A DNA stretch of 59,798 nt, filler included, from Sphacelaria rigidula (GCA_964200075.2; 8 parts of 8 records of this genome joined end to end with filler, not necessarily neighbours in it); one strand, 5' to 3'. Numbered from the whole stretch's first letter, positions 12,945 to 26,505 are shown. Numbers and translations: made by a program. The notes: generated from the sequence alone by a model not told the origin.

Positions 12945-13600
12945 TCAGCTTACTAGCGGTTGGAGGACGTCGCATCTATTGCTCAAACCTTGAGTACGGA
13001 CGAGATCATGCGAAACAGTACCCTTGGAGTGCAGCCTACCACGCCAAACTACTTCGTGGGCAAAAAAAGTACACTTACGCGCAGCGACGAATAGACCAAC
13101 ACTCTCCACGCGGCCAAGAGTTTCGTCAGGCAAAGCTCACAGTGCTTCTTCGGTTTCAGCAAAGTCGAAAACGTCATCCACCCACACTTTACAGTTTAGG
13201 CCTCGCAACGTGTCAGTCAGCACACCTTGGAAATACGCCGTGGCCTTCAACACACCCTGCGGGACACGAGTGGGCGTAAACAAACCGTCCGGCGTGACGA
13301 TCGTGAAGATCTCCTCAGCCTCCGGCGCCAGAGGCCTCTGCCAATACCCCCGTAGCAGGTCCAACTTGCCGAAGCACTGGGCTCCCAGCAACTCCTGCAT
13401 GTCTTCTTGGCTTGGCATCACCCTTGGAGACTGTTCCACTTGCACGTTCACCGCCTGGTAGTCGCCGACCAGACGGAATGTGTTCCCTCTTTGGCACCGC
13501 CATCGCCGCACTCGCCCACACAGCCTGGATGTTCCTCACCAACAAACCAAACACCACCAAAGCTGCGATGCATGAAGCAAGCCACACGGTCTTCACCGGA
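12945..13600 (-). pseudogene. Gypsy reverse transcriptase, frameshifted
   Basis: WASAAMAVPK, FRLVGDYQAVN, FGKLDLLRGYWQ, FTPTRVPQG, VWVDD, KCTFFAHEVVWRG. Confidence 0.9.
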
Positions 13601-16064
13601 TCGCAGCGGCGAGGCTTGACCTTCACAGCCTCCTTCATTGGCCCCACGCGCGCTGGCGGATCACCACGCAGCACACGACGAAATGTATCCACGCGACGAG
13701 CCAAAATATCGCGCAGACAATGTGAGCCATCGGCGCTCAGGTCCTTCGGCTTGGCCTGCCGCACACTATCCTCAAGCGCACATTTCCTTGAACCTCCCTC
13801 CTCTGCTGGGTCCATGAACATTCCCGGCCCCCGATCGACCGAGCGCTCCACCGCTTCATCCGCAGGAGCCTCCTCCTCATTGGCGCTCTGGAATGACCGT
13901 ATGAATACCATCACACGCCTTGCAGCAAGGTAACTGGCGTTTTCCACGCCGGATTGCACCGGCACAGCACGCGGACGTAACGTTTCCAACGCCAGCGAAT
14001 ATAAATCAATCCCAAGCTACTTCATTGTCGCCATCCCAAATAACCACGTTGTCTCTACCGGGCATGACAGCGAACGTGATGGACTGCAACTGTATAGCCC
14101 CCCACGGCGTACCCACGCTAACAGTAATCGGCACCGTTTGTGTGTGTAGCCGTCACGGGAGCACCCGTGGCGGTCTGTGCCGTTTGCGGTCCGTTTTCAA
14201 AGTGAATTTGAAGCTGAGCGCCGCCAAACTGCAAAGACATCTGTTCTAGAAACCCCACACCGATCGACGTGAGCGCGAACCCAGAATCCAAAATAACGCG
14301 GGCCATGAACGAACTACAGAACCAGGCAAGGCTAAATCTGCGCGTACGCATTCGGCCTCGCGATCGACAGGTACCACTCCAGCCGAAGGACCCTGACTTG
14401 TCCTAAGAATCACCTGACGCCAGGGCTGCCCTCCAGCACTTGGCATCGATAGCTGCGAATCGGCGGTCCACTCGGACCAAGTCGCCGAATATGCAGACGG
14501 CGCTGTTGCAGCTGCCGCAGCAGTAGGAGATGCACCAGACACGGATCCTGCCTGGCCGAGGGGTTGCGAGCTATTCGCTCCAGCACTCCCCATCGAAGTA
14601 ATTGCATTTCCCACGTACATTATCCGCCTCGCTACGGACGAACCATAAGATCCAGAGTCACCACCTGGTGACGTAGTGGAAGAAACAGCAGCGGAGGAAC
14701 TACCATCCGCCGCCCATTGCTTACTGCCGCGGCCGCCGCGCCCGCGTCCCTGATTGGCACGGCCCCGTCGACCGTGACGACCGCCCCGAGATCCTGATAA
14801 ATCTCGTGCATTGCCCTGTGCTACGCCTTGAGCGCGAGACTTGGGGGCAGTCCTTGATCATATGCTCGGTGTCACCNNNNNNNNNNNNNNNNNNNNNNNN
14901 NNNNNNNNNNNNNNNNNNNNTTAATTAATTAANNNNNNNNNNNNNNNNNNNNNNNNNNNNNNNNNNNNNNNNNNNNGACTTCGTCATCGGGCTAACTCGC
15001 TCGCGCTCGTCGAGCTTTCCCGAGTGATCCACTTTGCCTCAACCCCACGACTTACGGTCAATCCTTGACTACATAACCCGAGGGAAATCATCGGCCACCT
15101 TCGACGGTTTCTACCGTCACCGGGAGTCTCACGACTTCCACACCTCCTTTTTTTTCGTAACCATGGTCTACCCTATATCCTAAGAATATTGGCAACACCC
15201 TCTCCGCCCCGCAAGTGGCGACCTTGAACAAAAAATGAGACGCGATTTATTCAGTCAGTGTAGCTTGGACGTAAAGGCGCTTGTCGACTGTCGCCAGCAG
15301 ATGTGAGGACGCAACGCTTGCTTTTTACCCTGATGTTTCGGCGTTCTCTACTTTGAGTTGGATACACTCACACTTCCGCCGCCTAGGTGTGGTAGATTCC
15401 GCCATTTATTGCTGCGCCATTCAGGCGTCGCGTGAAAACTGCTCTCCTCGTTTTCCCCGCTGATTCTTCTTGGCGTGATTCCCGTCGGTGTGATGCATAT
15501 GAACCAGGGGGGAGTGTCGAAATAATAAAGCCGGAGAGGGTCGGAGGAGACCGGCAAATTAATGGTAAATTTCAACACTAGACTCACGTAGCACAAGAAA
15601 TGACAAGTTTTCAATATCCAAATCGGACGCAATACTGGAATAAAGCCATTCCCACCACCTAAGACCTGAGCTGCTGCTCTCAACGCCCCGCTTGTCTACA
15701 GTTGTCACCAATTGAACTCTTTCTTGCCGATTGGTCGGGAATCTTGCGAGTGTACCGCCTCAGTTTGTCGCTCTTTGATATTTTCTCTCGAGCGAACCAA
15801 TCCCGATCGTTATAATGAAATAGTTACAGATTCACGATCACGCAAGTGGGTGCTGTGCCTTAGAGATTTTACTTACAACGAAAAACAAAAGAGTGTCCCG
15901 ACTGTAAACTAGGGGAGACTCTGAGTTCGAGGTGGCAATTTCGGAAACAACTGAATGATGACCATTTGGTACATACGACAATGTTACATGTTGAATCAGA
16001 CGCATTTTGGTCCATCGATCAAAATTCCGAAGACCACTTTTTGATGGTGACACATCTTCAAATA

Positions 16065-16507
16065 TTGTACCGATCTGGGGATTTCAGCATGTCTGCAGGC
16101 AATTTCCTCCCGCTGATTGAGGTTTTGAACCCCAGTCCGTTGGGCAGTGTTTCTCGGCTAGCGGTGATAAAAACAGATAAATTTCCCGATTTTCGGGCGT
16201 TGAGTTTTGGTGTGTCATCTGCTCAAATCCGAACACTTCCCAATGTGCGTGTACAAAAAACAGATCTGCGGCCCAAATCTGTTCAGTGTACACACAAATG
16301 ATTGGGGAACGTCTCGATTTGAGCATGAACGGGACATACCAAAAATCAACGCCCAGATAATTAGAAAATAGGTACTGGTTTTCTCACGGCTAGCGGGAAA
16401 ACACTGCCCAATGGGCTGGGGTCCGAGAACTCAATCCGCGGGAGGAAATCCCTTGCAGAGATGCTGAAATCCCCTGCAGAGGTGCTGAAATCCCCAAATT
16501 TGTACAA
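16065..16507. mobile_element. MITE/fold-back with about 110-130-bp TIRs
   Basis: 16065-16176 is the reverse complement of 16375-16507. The right arm carries an extra short internal duplication. Confidence 0.8.
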
Positions 16508-18461
16508 GTAACGATGTTTTCGTGACATTTGAGAGTTCAAAGTACGGCTGAGAGTGAGAAGCGATCAATTAATGAATGGCATGTTTCAGTTCCGAAATGC
16601 CCCTCCATCAGGCCCGATACATTTCCTTCAGTAGCTTGCCACTGAAGCCTTTGATGCCCCTGAGTAGGATATCGACGTGTATAGCTGTAAATACACGACA
16701 GTGTTGCAGGCAGAGAAAGCTACACACGAAATGAAAAATTGGCAAGTTAGAGCGTATATAGTAAAACTCGCTCTCCATGAGCACTGAACTCTCAATTTCA
16801 CGAAAACATTGTGAAGTGCAGATTTCTCCCCATAAAAAGTTGTCCAACCCTGAAATCGATTCTTCGACATCAACTTGCTAGGGCTCGACCTCAGGTTCGT
16901 GATAATTGAGTCATACCAGCCGGTGCAAACGACAGATGGAGGTTTCGGTAGCTACGGCCGACGGGTCTTGAACACTTTTCACCTGCACTCTGGAAAATAT
17001 GCCGAAGAATAAACAGTCATCTGCCTGATCGAGATTCCGTCAGCAGTACAGGACAGGACAGCTAAACTGTGAGCATTTTAGTGATATCTCTTCCATCTTC
17101 ACGGGCATAGCCACTCGTACGCTGCAGGCCACCAAAAAGTGAACAACAGCCCCTGAGCGTGTTTGGGCAAAGAATGAAATGGTTTCATGCCCATAGTGGG
17201 AGCAGCAGTTTTTTTTTCATCATAAATGAACGGGATAATACATAGAGTAGCTGCTAGAGTGATATATACGTCTCCGGTCCGCAGAGGCATTGACATTGTC
17301 CTTCGTACCCTACTCCTCAAAATAGCGAATAACACCCTTTCTGAGCGTGTTCAAGAAGGGGATGACACGAGTTCATCCCCGGGGTGTCAAGAGGAGAGAT
17401 TTTCTACGATTGATGGGGAAGGTTGTGGCGTTCCGACGTGACATGAAAATTCACTTTTCCGCTCCCGACAAGCATCGCCATCCACACGATACGGACCAAA
17501 ACGACAGATAACTGCCCGCCCCCAAAGTGTATTCATCAAGGAGGGGTTGAAATGATCGCATCCCCGGGGTCATAGGGGTGGGAGGTTGGCATGAATCAAG
17601 AGGGCAGGACGGAGCAGTTCTGGTGATACCATTCCCATCTACAAGAGAATCGTTATTCCTGAGAAACTGACTGGCCAAAACGATAGATTCCCGTTGCCAA
17701 AACATTGCCAAAACGGCAGATTCACTCCCTCAGCATGCTTCGGGACTGGATTAAACGATTTCATATCCAGGGCGGGAAAAGGGGGGCTCATAAACCACCA
17801 GGACACGGCGTAGGCATTATCGTCATATGCAGTCCCCTTGCAAGGCTGTCATCGTTTGTACGTTGCAGACCGAAACGGGTGGTACCTCATATCCTTGAGG
17901 AGCATGGCCGGAAGGGAATGCGTTGATTTTGTTCCCGGCCGGGAGAAGGTCCCCCTCCCGTTTTTCCCAGATCACGAATATTGCAAGTATTATTTCACTT
18001 TCCCATGTCGCCCCTGTTATAGTATCGTCAGGGTCATGGACATTATTGATCTACAACGGGGCAAACCGCGATAGATAATATATTTCCCTCGATGCGGTAG
18101 ATATCATCACCTGTCGGGAAGGGCTACATATTGCCCTTCCCTGCCGAACCATGCACCCGCCTCCGCCGGATCCAATCTCACCAACGACGACATATTCTTT
18201 TTTACAAATACCTCCCGAGTATGAAATGTTGAAGTTCGGGGCGTCTCAAGGAGTGAGTTGTACAGTTTAAATAATAATACATGCATTGAACCCGAAAAAA
18301 TTCGAAAAATAATTATCCTACTTCGTACTTGGTGATGGACGTGTGTCCTGCGGCAATATGTATTTTTTCTCAGCGACCTACCGTACTGATTGTGCTTAGA
18401 GTAGTACTACATGCGCGGAAAACACGTATTTTTGTCGTTGAACCATACACATTTGTGTTTA

Positions 18462-18700
18462 TGTATATGTCGTCGTCCCATCTATTCTGGACGCCGTGTG
18501 GGTGCACCAGCCGGGGTCACACAGGAGGAAGGCCAACACAGGATTATTATTATTTTTTAATTTAGTTCCCCACCTTCCTTCTGCGGTGCTTGTCTTGATT
18601 TTTCATCGCAAATGGTTCAGCAGTCCCTTTCCCTCGTCGACCATCAAGTCGAATTTTGCGTACCCATGGGATGGTCGCTCTCCGCACTGTTGGGCATTAC
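18462..18700 (-). mobile_element. Headless copy of the tRNA-derived SINE
   Basis: Reverse complement matches the body and 3' end of 27915-28145 and 1-65. A shorter piece lies at 22768-22800. Confidence 0.75.
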
Positions 18701-18911
18701 TGAAGAGAATTTCGGAAAACGCTATGTTGTCATTTCAGAGTGCAAATTTTCTTAGGATCAGAGCGTGACGAAAAAATATTTCCCCCTCGTTCAAACTTGG
18801 TATACCCTTCATTTTTTCAACGAGTTTTTTTTTTTCATTCTGCATTCTGTACTCTGATCCTGAGATAGTTGCGCTATGAAATGGGAGAGAAGCGTTTTCC
18901 GAAACTCTCTG

Positions 18912-20418
18912 CGAGCTGGGCCAGCCTAGAAATGGATTTAAGCTCTCAAAGCAATACCTCATCGACATAAACGAGTTGGGCCATGACCCGCATATCGTAT
19001 GAATCGTCTAATTAAGGGGAAGGTGCCCATCTGCTCAAAAGTCTGGGCCAATATTTAATATTTTTTCGTTGATTAAACCCTATGTATAGTAATTCTTATA
19101 CCTAACGGAGATAGCGTCGACACTAAAATCTATATGAAACCCCGATCGATGCATTTAGCAGATGACGACGATTTTTGGTGTGCACATTCCCTGGAGCACG
19201 GGGGGACGATACATTCCCTCACCTTCACCTAATTCGTAGTCTATTTCGAGACATGGCGCACATAAGTTTCCAGAATCCAATCGGTATATTACAAGCAGAG
19301 GCACTTGATCAACTGAATTTGGATACGAGTATCGCGTCTCAGTTTTCGAGAGTTATGCTATGAAATTTCATATGGAGAACCGGTGGTGCATAATAAAGCT
19401 GAAGGAAATAACAGTTTAATATTTTTCCGTTTTTCATTTTTACGGGGAAACGATACATTCTCTTACCTTCACCTAATCCGTAGTCTATCTCGAGACATGG
19501 CGCACGTAAGTTTCCAGAATCAAATCGGTATATTATAACAGAGGCACTAGATGAACTAAATTTGGATACGAGTATCGCGTCTCAGTTTTCGAGAGTTACG
19601 CTATGAAATTTCGTATGGAGAACCGATGGTGCATAATAAAGCTGAAGGAAATAACAGTTTAATATTTTTTTTCCGTTTCTCTATTTTGTTTTTCCGTTTC
19701 TCTATTCTATTTTGTTTTTCCGTTTCTCTATTTTTTTCCCGTTTTTAGGGCAGTTTTGAGGAGAAATGAACACTACTCTTGGACCTTATCTCATTTTTTA
19801 GCTTACTTTTAAGAATTGTGATTCGAAGCTCGGGATAAAGAACCACAGGGGTATGCTCCATGAAGAAAAAAATGGCCCTCATTTTTTCGGGGTAGAAGGA
19901 TTCGGGCGTTCTCGTTAAAAAAACGGTCGCTCCCACACTGAGCCGCCCTAAACCAGTGAAAAGTAAAGAAAAATCAACCTCACCCACTTTCTTTTGTCAA
20001 TTATGCCCTAGTCGTGGCCCACACAAAGTTTCAATACACAAACACCAAACGTGGGCCGGTAAGTGGCCTGCAAAATACCGTCCCGAATTTCTTCTGACCC
20101 CGTCACTAAACGGCCCATTAACCGGCCAATATTTAGAGTTGGACCCTGAAATTTGATGTGGACAATGAGTAGGGAATGATAGAAACGAATACCAGTGCAC
20201 ACAAGGATTTTTTTTCCCCCATGAGTTAAGGGCAACAATTAGTTTTCAGGTATCAGTAAAATGCCCTTAACTCATGGAAAAAAAATTGTTTGCACTGGTA
20301 TTTGTTTTTATTATGCCCTATATTCATTGTCCATACCAAATTTCAGGGTCCAACTCTAAATGTTGGCCGGTTAGTGAGCCTGCAAACTACAAATTCGCTT
20401 CTCGGCTGGCCCAGCTCG
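18912..20418. mobile_element. Non-autonomous TIR element (Tc1/mariner-like, TA flank)
   Basis: TIR CGAGCTGGGCCAGCC at both ends, with TA on the right. Internal about 243-bp tandem duplication (19200-19440 / 19443-19680). A second copy begins TA|CGAGCTGGGCCAG at 28312. Confidence 0.75.
20112..20380. repeat. About 270-bp palindrome nested in the TIR element
   Basis: Arms taaccggccaatatttagagttggaccctgaaattt...gagttaagggca and tgcccttaactc...aaatttcagggtccaactctaaatgttggccggtta. Confidence 0.85.
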
Positions 20419-20529
20419 TACTGTGAGAGAGAAAATCCTAGATTGCTTCGAGATTTGAACGCACGACCCAACAATCGGGTGGTCACTGGGGTGCCTGCAA
20501 CCTCAAATTTCACACGCGGCGATTTGGCT

Positions 20530-20816
20530 ACCTCCAAACTCCCTCAAGGCGGGTACACTTTTCGAGCCTCCAGAGGGATGAATTAAACGCCTTCAGAGGG
20601 GTGCGCGGCCCTCCAGAGGAGGTTGTTTTGTTCCCTCCAGAGGGATTGAACGCCTCCGGAGGCTTGTTCTTGCCTTCGGAGGGGCGCGCATACCCCCAAA
20701 TTCCTCCGGAGGGGTGCGCGGTCCTCCGGGTCGGTAGAGTTTGGTCTCCTCTAGAGGGATGGAAGGCCTCCGGAGGCTTATTTTCCCCCTGGAGGGCCGC
20801 GCATCCCTCTGGAGGC
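20530..20816. repeat. Cluster of palindromic CCTCYRGAGG motifs
   Basis: About a dozen exact or near copies (cctccagagg, cctccggagg, cctctagagg, cctctggagg) in under 300 bp. Confidence 0.75.
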
Positions 20817-21188
20817 ATTACGGGGTGTAGCCAAACGGCCGCGTGTGTTGGACGTTATACAGACCTTGTGCAACGTCTGTAACGTCCCAGTTTTAGGTTG
20901 TAGGCACCCCAGTGGCCACCCGTGCTGTATCTTCCACCCACTCCTACCGATTCTCAAACTCCTGGATGATGATGAGGAGGATGACAAATCTTGCGCGAAA
21001 AAAGTCCCAATCAACCTTTCTAGCGGCCAATAATAAGGCTCTCTGCTCCGAGAACGCAACCTGACCGTCTCGCAGACATTTGGAGTATGGCAATTCTATG
21101 CATTGGTGGCCCTTTTATAGCCATCGGGCGCTGAATCGGACATGAATACAATTAGTTTCTTCTAGAAGTATGGCATCAGGTGTAATAA

Positions 21189-21860
21189 GGGCGTGTCTTA
21201 GCACATTTTTTTCGATCGAAAATGTGCGGTGGAAAAGGAAAACTCCGATCTGATAGGTCGTTATTTCAACCATCGTCGTTTATTTTGAATATGATTGAAA
21301 CTACGACCGATCAGGCCGGATGTTATGGCACACAGATTTTGGTCCACGGATTGTTCATTTGTATGGCGCATGAGCCACGTTTTGACCCCCAAACAGGAAA
21401 AATCACCAACTCACGTCTTGGACACTTTGCATCACCCCACAGAGAGGAGCCTAGCCCACTTTTCAGATTCGCTCGGCTCCAAGGTTTCGAGAGCCGCCGC
21501 TGAACAAAAATCCGTGTGCAACAAAATATACGGCGACCTCCAAAGATTACTGGACAAACTGGCGGGGGTCGCCAAGCACAGATTTTTGCACACGAATTTT
21601 TGTTCGGCGGCCAATCTCGAAACCTCGGAGCCAAGCGAATCTGAAAAGCAGACTCGGCTCCTCTCTCTGGGGTGATGCAAAGTGTCCAAGACGTGTGTCG
21701 GTGATTTTTCCTGTTTGGGGGTCAAAAAGGGGGTCAAATGTCCCCAAAGTGATCAAACCCTGGGTCAAAAATCTGTTTGCCATAACATCCGGCCTCAGAT
21801 CGGGATTTTAATTTTCCACCACACTTTTTCGATCGAAATATGATGTGCTAAGACACGGCC
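21189..21860. mobile_element. 672-bp fold-back element, PIF/Harbinger-like ends
   Basis: Almost entirely self-complementary. Ends TAA|GGGCGTGTCTTAGCAC...GTGCTAAGACACGGCC|TTA. Another terminus at 22230-22280. Confidence 0.85.
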
Positions 21861-22463
21861 TTAGTGTACAATCTAGAATATTAATTAATTAATTGGTTGG
21901 TTGTTGGTTGCTGGTTGGAAATGGATGGTTGGATGGTTCGATGCATTTAATTTTTGGACAAGGCAAAGACAAAAGCATAGCATGGCAGGTGTAATACGTG
22001 TACAGTATAGCATAGTTTTCCAGGTCCATCCATGGTTGAGCTTACGGGTTATTTTCTTGTCTCGTAAAAACGGGCCGGCGATACGTGCGTCATGTATGTT
22101 AAATCGGCAGCCATTGCACTTGAAAAAAATATGCATAATCCAGATGACCCACCCTCGCGGTCTGAGAGTGAATTGATTGCTTGATTGATTGCTTGATTAT
22201 CTCACATTATAAGCTGATTGCATCAATAAGGGCGTGTCCTAGCACTTTTTTGTTCGATCGAAAAAACGAGCGGTGGAATTGAGTCAAGTGAAAACTTCTC
22301 GTTTCGATGCAGTTGGGTCCGGATGGATTCTCAAGCTCTCGATCGAAAAAAGACAGTGAAATTNNNNNNNNNNNNNNNNNNNNNNNNNNNNNNNNNNNNN
22401 NNNNNNNTTAATTAATTAANNNNNNNNNNNNNNNNNNNNNNNNNNNNNNNNNNNNNNNNNNNN

Positions 22464-22534
22464 CTGCTCCGGGAATCAAACCCCCCTACTCAGCCAGCAG
22501 AAGGTTACGAGGTTACCAACTGAGCCACCGGGGC
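22464..22534 (-). mobile_element. tRNA-derived SINE head cut by contig edge
   Basis: gccccggTGGCTCAGTTGG (A box)...GGTTTGATTCC (B box). Matches 37438-37511 and 27816-27880. Confidence 0.8.
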
Positions 22535-23939
22535 GACCGGTCATAGCCGCCGGTTCTTGCCGCACCCTACCCTGCATGGTTCCGCCACCGCGCGACTGCG
22601 CGACCGTGGAAGAAGATGCTCAAGTTTCAGCTTCCACCAACAAGACATACATCATACTTCACTACTGCAGTGTGTATCTATATCCCTGTGCCCGGCTCGC
22701 ACTCTTTGCTGCAGGGTTATTGTGGTGGTATTGAAGCTGGGAATATAAATGTTGCCGGTATACAGTATGTGGGTGCACCAGCCGGGGTCACACGGGAGGA
22801 AAGTCAATATGAACGACGGGTGGCTACAGATATATCTGGTGTGATGGCCCATACCATAAGATTGCTGGGGTCCCAAAGTTGCCCTGGAAGCAGTTAGGAC
22901 ACAAGTGCACAAATGTAAATTTTCAAGCTGGAGGATACTGCACGGATCTGTCCTCCGGAGTCGCAGCAAACGCCTTGGAGGCCGTAGTCGGTCCCTCTTT
23001 CACAGGAATGATGCTCATATTTCCCTCTGCTGTTCATATTTCCCTCCAAGGGACGTTCACGAAAACCACGTGCTGCTGCAGAGTACCATATTTTTGGTAC
23101 TCTGGAGGGATTCAGACATCAGAACTCAGAAGTCACTGGAGCATCAGATGCCCTCCAGAGGATTCGTTCTATGACCGGAACCGAGTACGAAATACCCTCG
23201 AGAGGGTATTTTGTATTTTGATCTTCGGGAAAGGGTCACTTTACCCTCGAGAGGATGAAAATCGCGATAGAGGATTTTGAGGGGGTAGCCGAATGGCCGC
23301 GTGTGATGCCGATACCTTACTTGTCCATATCCTTTCCCACTCCTTGCTCGCGCTCTTTGCTTTAGTTTGACTCGGTAGTGTTCTCTCTCCCTTTTAACTT
23401 TTTTTCCTCTTGCCAAACAGTATACTCCAGCTTCATCGCATTTCTTCTTGAACTCTATTGATTCTCGTGATGTGTCGCTAAGAACTCCGAATACCAGCAC
23501 TACTACTAGTACCCTACCCGACCACTCTTTAGTCCTCCATCCGCCCTTCCTTATCGTCTCTCTCTCCATCTCCTTCGAGAGAATTTCCAGCTTGTTCGTT
23601 TTCTTTGTCTTGGGATATCTTCAACGGACAGGAGAGCAGGGGGGGGGGATGCATGAAGGGGGGGGGGTGAGGGTTCATGGGACAACATTTTTGCATACTA
23701 CTACCGTATAATGTACTCTTGATATACATATATACCCCCGAGAATATATATATATATGTATTAGAAGCAGTGCACAATATTATACCCACAACTGGTGCAC
23801 TTTGCTGCTGTGTGATACGCGGTAGTATGTACAGACACTTTTACTACTGCTGTATGTGTGGTGTAGTACAGTGTACAGACAACAGTGTATGTATGGTTTA
23901 CGGTGTAGTACGTTTACGTTTATTTTCACCAATGCTCAA

Positions 23940-24138
23940 TCCTTAGACCACGAGGATAGTCCATCTGGATCATGCATTTTTTTCCCAAGCGAAATTGATG
24001 CCGATTCAACAGATGACGTACTCTCGCCGTCTAAGCGTTAACCCTTAGACCACGAGATTAGTCTTTCTGGAGCATGCATACTTTTTTCAATTGAAATTGA
24101 TGCCGATTCACCAGAAGACTAACCTCGCGGTCTAGGGG
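23940..24138. mobile_element. Two adjacent about 97-bp piggyBac-like MITEs sharing a TTAA
   Basis: TTAA|CCCTTAGACCACGAG...CTCGCGGTCTAGGGG|TTAA, with core gaaattgatgccgattca. Confidence 0.8.
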
Positions 24139-26505
24139 TTAACAACAACAGTGCTTTTTAGCGCTGGAATTACGTAGTATGTACGTACACCGCAGAACCT
24201 TGTTGTTTCTTTACTGAACTGTCACAACGATACTGATCTGTAGCCTACAGTGCTGTACCGTACTTCGATGATGACCTGTGCATGGAATGTCGAAATGTAG
24301 GAAGAGCCAGAACAGTTGAACCGATTCACCAAGTTCTGGAACAATACCTACTTCATATATACAGACAGAGTGGAGACGGTCTAATCATAAGAGTCTCGTG
24401 AAGACGTTCAAAATCGCCGCTGAACACCAGGCCTAGCCATCATCGAAAAGCTGTCAGCCCCACCGAAAGCTGCGCATACCCACCCACAGACAGTACGTGA
24501 AGCACGAGAGCAGCGTGGACGAGTTTGAGGCAAAGCACGTACCTGTGTCTCGTGGAGGAGCGTAGGACAGGGGGGGTTTGAGACAGAACGGAGCTTGGCG
24601 CACACTGTTCTATTACTCGTATTGCTCTATCTTGCCATCTTTCTCGGGTCTGATATTTAAGAGCTTTTTAGTGCTGTCTACTACATTCCTTCAAAGCTGG
24701 GGAAGGTATCTGTCATCAGCACTTGAGAAGGGTCTGATGCGGTAAGGCAAAAGGGGAGAATGCCGTCCGTGCAGGATCAAGTGGACACCCTCATAAGGAC
24801 ACTGCAACCCACACCGCTTTCGGAACAGCGCCGGAGGTGAGTTGACGAACAGAAGCGGCCGTAGACAGTCGTTCGTTGGTACTGGTCAGCTTTCTTGGCA
24901 ACGTGTTTCTGGACCTGCACGAAAATAAGCTGTTTCCCGACTTTCCCCCCGGGCTTTTCCATTCTTCGTGCATTGGAATTTTTTCACGTGAGGCCAAACT
25001 GTCGAAGCCCTCGCCTCGAAAGCGTTGGGCATGATCAACCATACCCTACTCAGACGAGAGCTCACGTAGCCCTCGGTATGATCGCTCGGAATGTATTCCA
25101 GGATCTAGAGTTGTCCCGAGCGCAACCCGATCGTTGAAGTGATCGAGTAGCTATTATAGTTTTTGCTGGTGTGTTTCGTTCCTCAATTCTTGGTGAGAGG
25201 ACAGAAAATATACAAGTGTGCCAGCAACAACGACCTGAAAACGACCGCGGCGCAATCGTGCTGTGTGGTGCGGAAAAACAAGCGGAGATGTCCGGTTTTG
25301 CAAGAGTACAAGTACTGCTATTATAACACGAACAAACGGCTTCTTGTGCGCTTCATGATCGAAGTTGGATAAACAGCAAAGCCAACACAGAGTGAGAACC
25401 GATATAGTGCCGTAACTATTCTGCAGCAGTTCATTTCACAGCCAGTATCGAGGAGATGAGCAAGCACTTCTAAATCGTGCGTCGGGGATTACATAAACCA
25501 ACCATTTTCGTGCACATCCTCTACATGAAATCAGGTCGACCTTAACCTCAGATTTCGAACGGAGATCTTATTTTAATTTCTGGGACGTGTTAAATATCTC
25601 CGTACCCTGTGAAAGGAGATGGTCCGACCGTCAACTCCACGGTTCGTGGAATCAAAAATAACGGTACGTTGTCATGCCCTTTGCCTAGGCAATGTGTCCG
25701 ATCGTTCAAATTGCATACTGTGTACTTGCGAATGATTTCTGTTCTTGTCGGCTAGTGACTTCTGTCCCAACCTGCACAGTGCTAACATGTATCCGTGTGT
25801 TATCATGCTGTCTCATACTTGGAACAGATATTCATCGTCACGAATTTCGTGTCGTGCAGCATTCTCTTACTCTCGGTATGTGGTAAAGTATTGCACCCCT
25901 CGGTGGTCGGTATGCTTGAGCTTAGCTCAACACTCCATCATGACCGAACTCGTGCACTAGAGCCTACGGATGGTGCGTCTGGCCGCATGCAACACGCTTG
26001 GTGATTTGTCCCCAGAATCTACACATGGAACCGCATGACTCTGAGACAGTGCCTAAAAGTGCGGCACGTACTCACCAGAAGGCACCCAAGGACAATCACC
26101 CGGTGGTACAGTAGTAAGGGTCTGCTGCGAAAACATACTAGAAATAGTTCGAAGTTTAGCAAGACTTATCTTTCGCACTTCATTCGTCATTCGGGGTTCT
26201 GACCGCTGTCTGACCCTCAATCCCGCAGTACAACGGAAGGACAGATGGCTGGATAAACCGGTATCAAACGATCGGGAACAGTGGTAGCTAGCGTTGTCTC
26301 CTTCTCAATCTATGGGCTCATGCACGAAGAGAAGTGGATAAGTGCCTTTCGTTTACCTAACCTAACCAACCGTGTGAGTGCACATGAACAAGTTGATGAC
26401 TTTTTTCTTCGAACGAGGTTTGACGGTATGATGCTCATCTCGGTCTCATCATTTTCGAGTGAAATTGATGCCAATCAACACGTTGCTCAACGTAAAGATA
26501 TTTAA

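Larger units (their letters stand above)
11009..14876 (-). mobile_element. Second Ty3/gypsy chromo-type retrotransposon, degenerate and internally deleted
   Basis: Minus-strand Gly/Arg-rich gag tail, protease-like VILDSG, RT, IN C-terminus with GPW, and a chromo-like ERTWESL motif. A purine tract GAGAGGGGG precedes TGTCGC. Confidence 0.85.
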
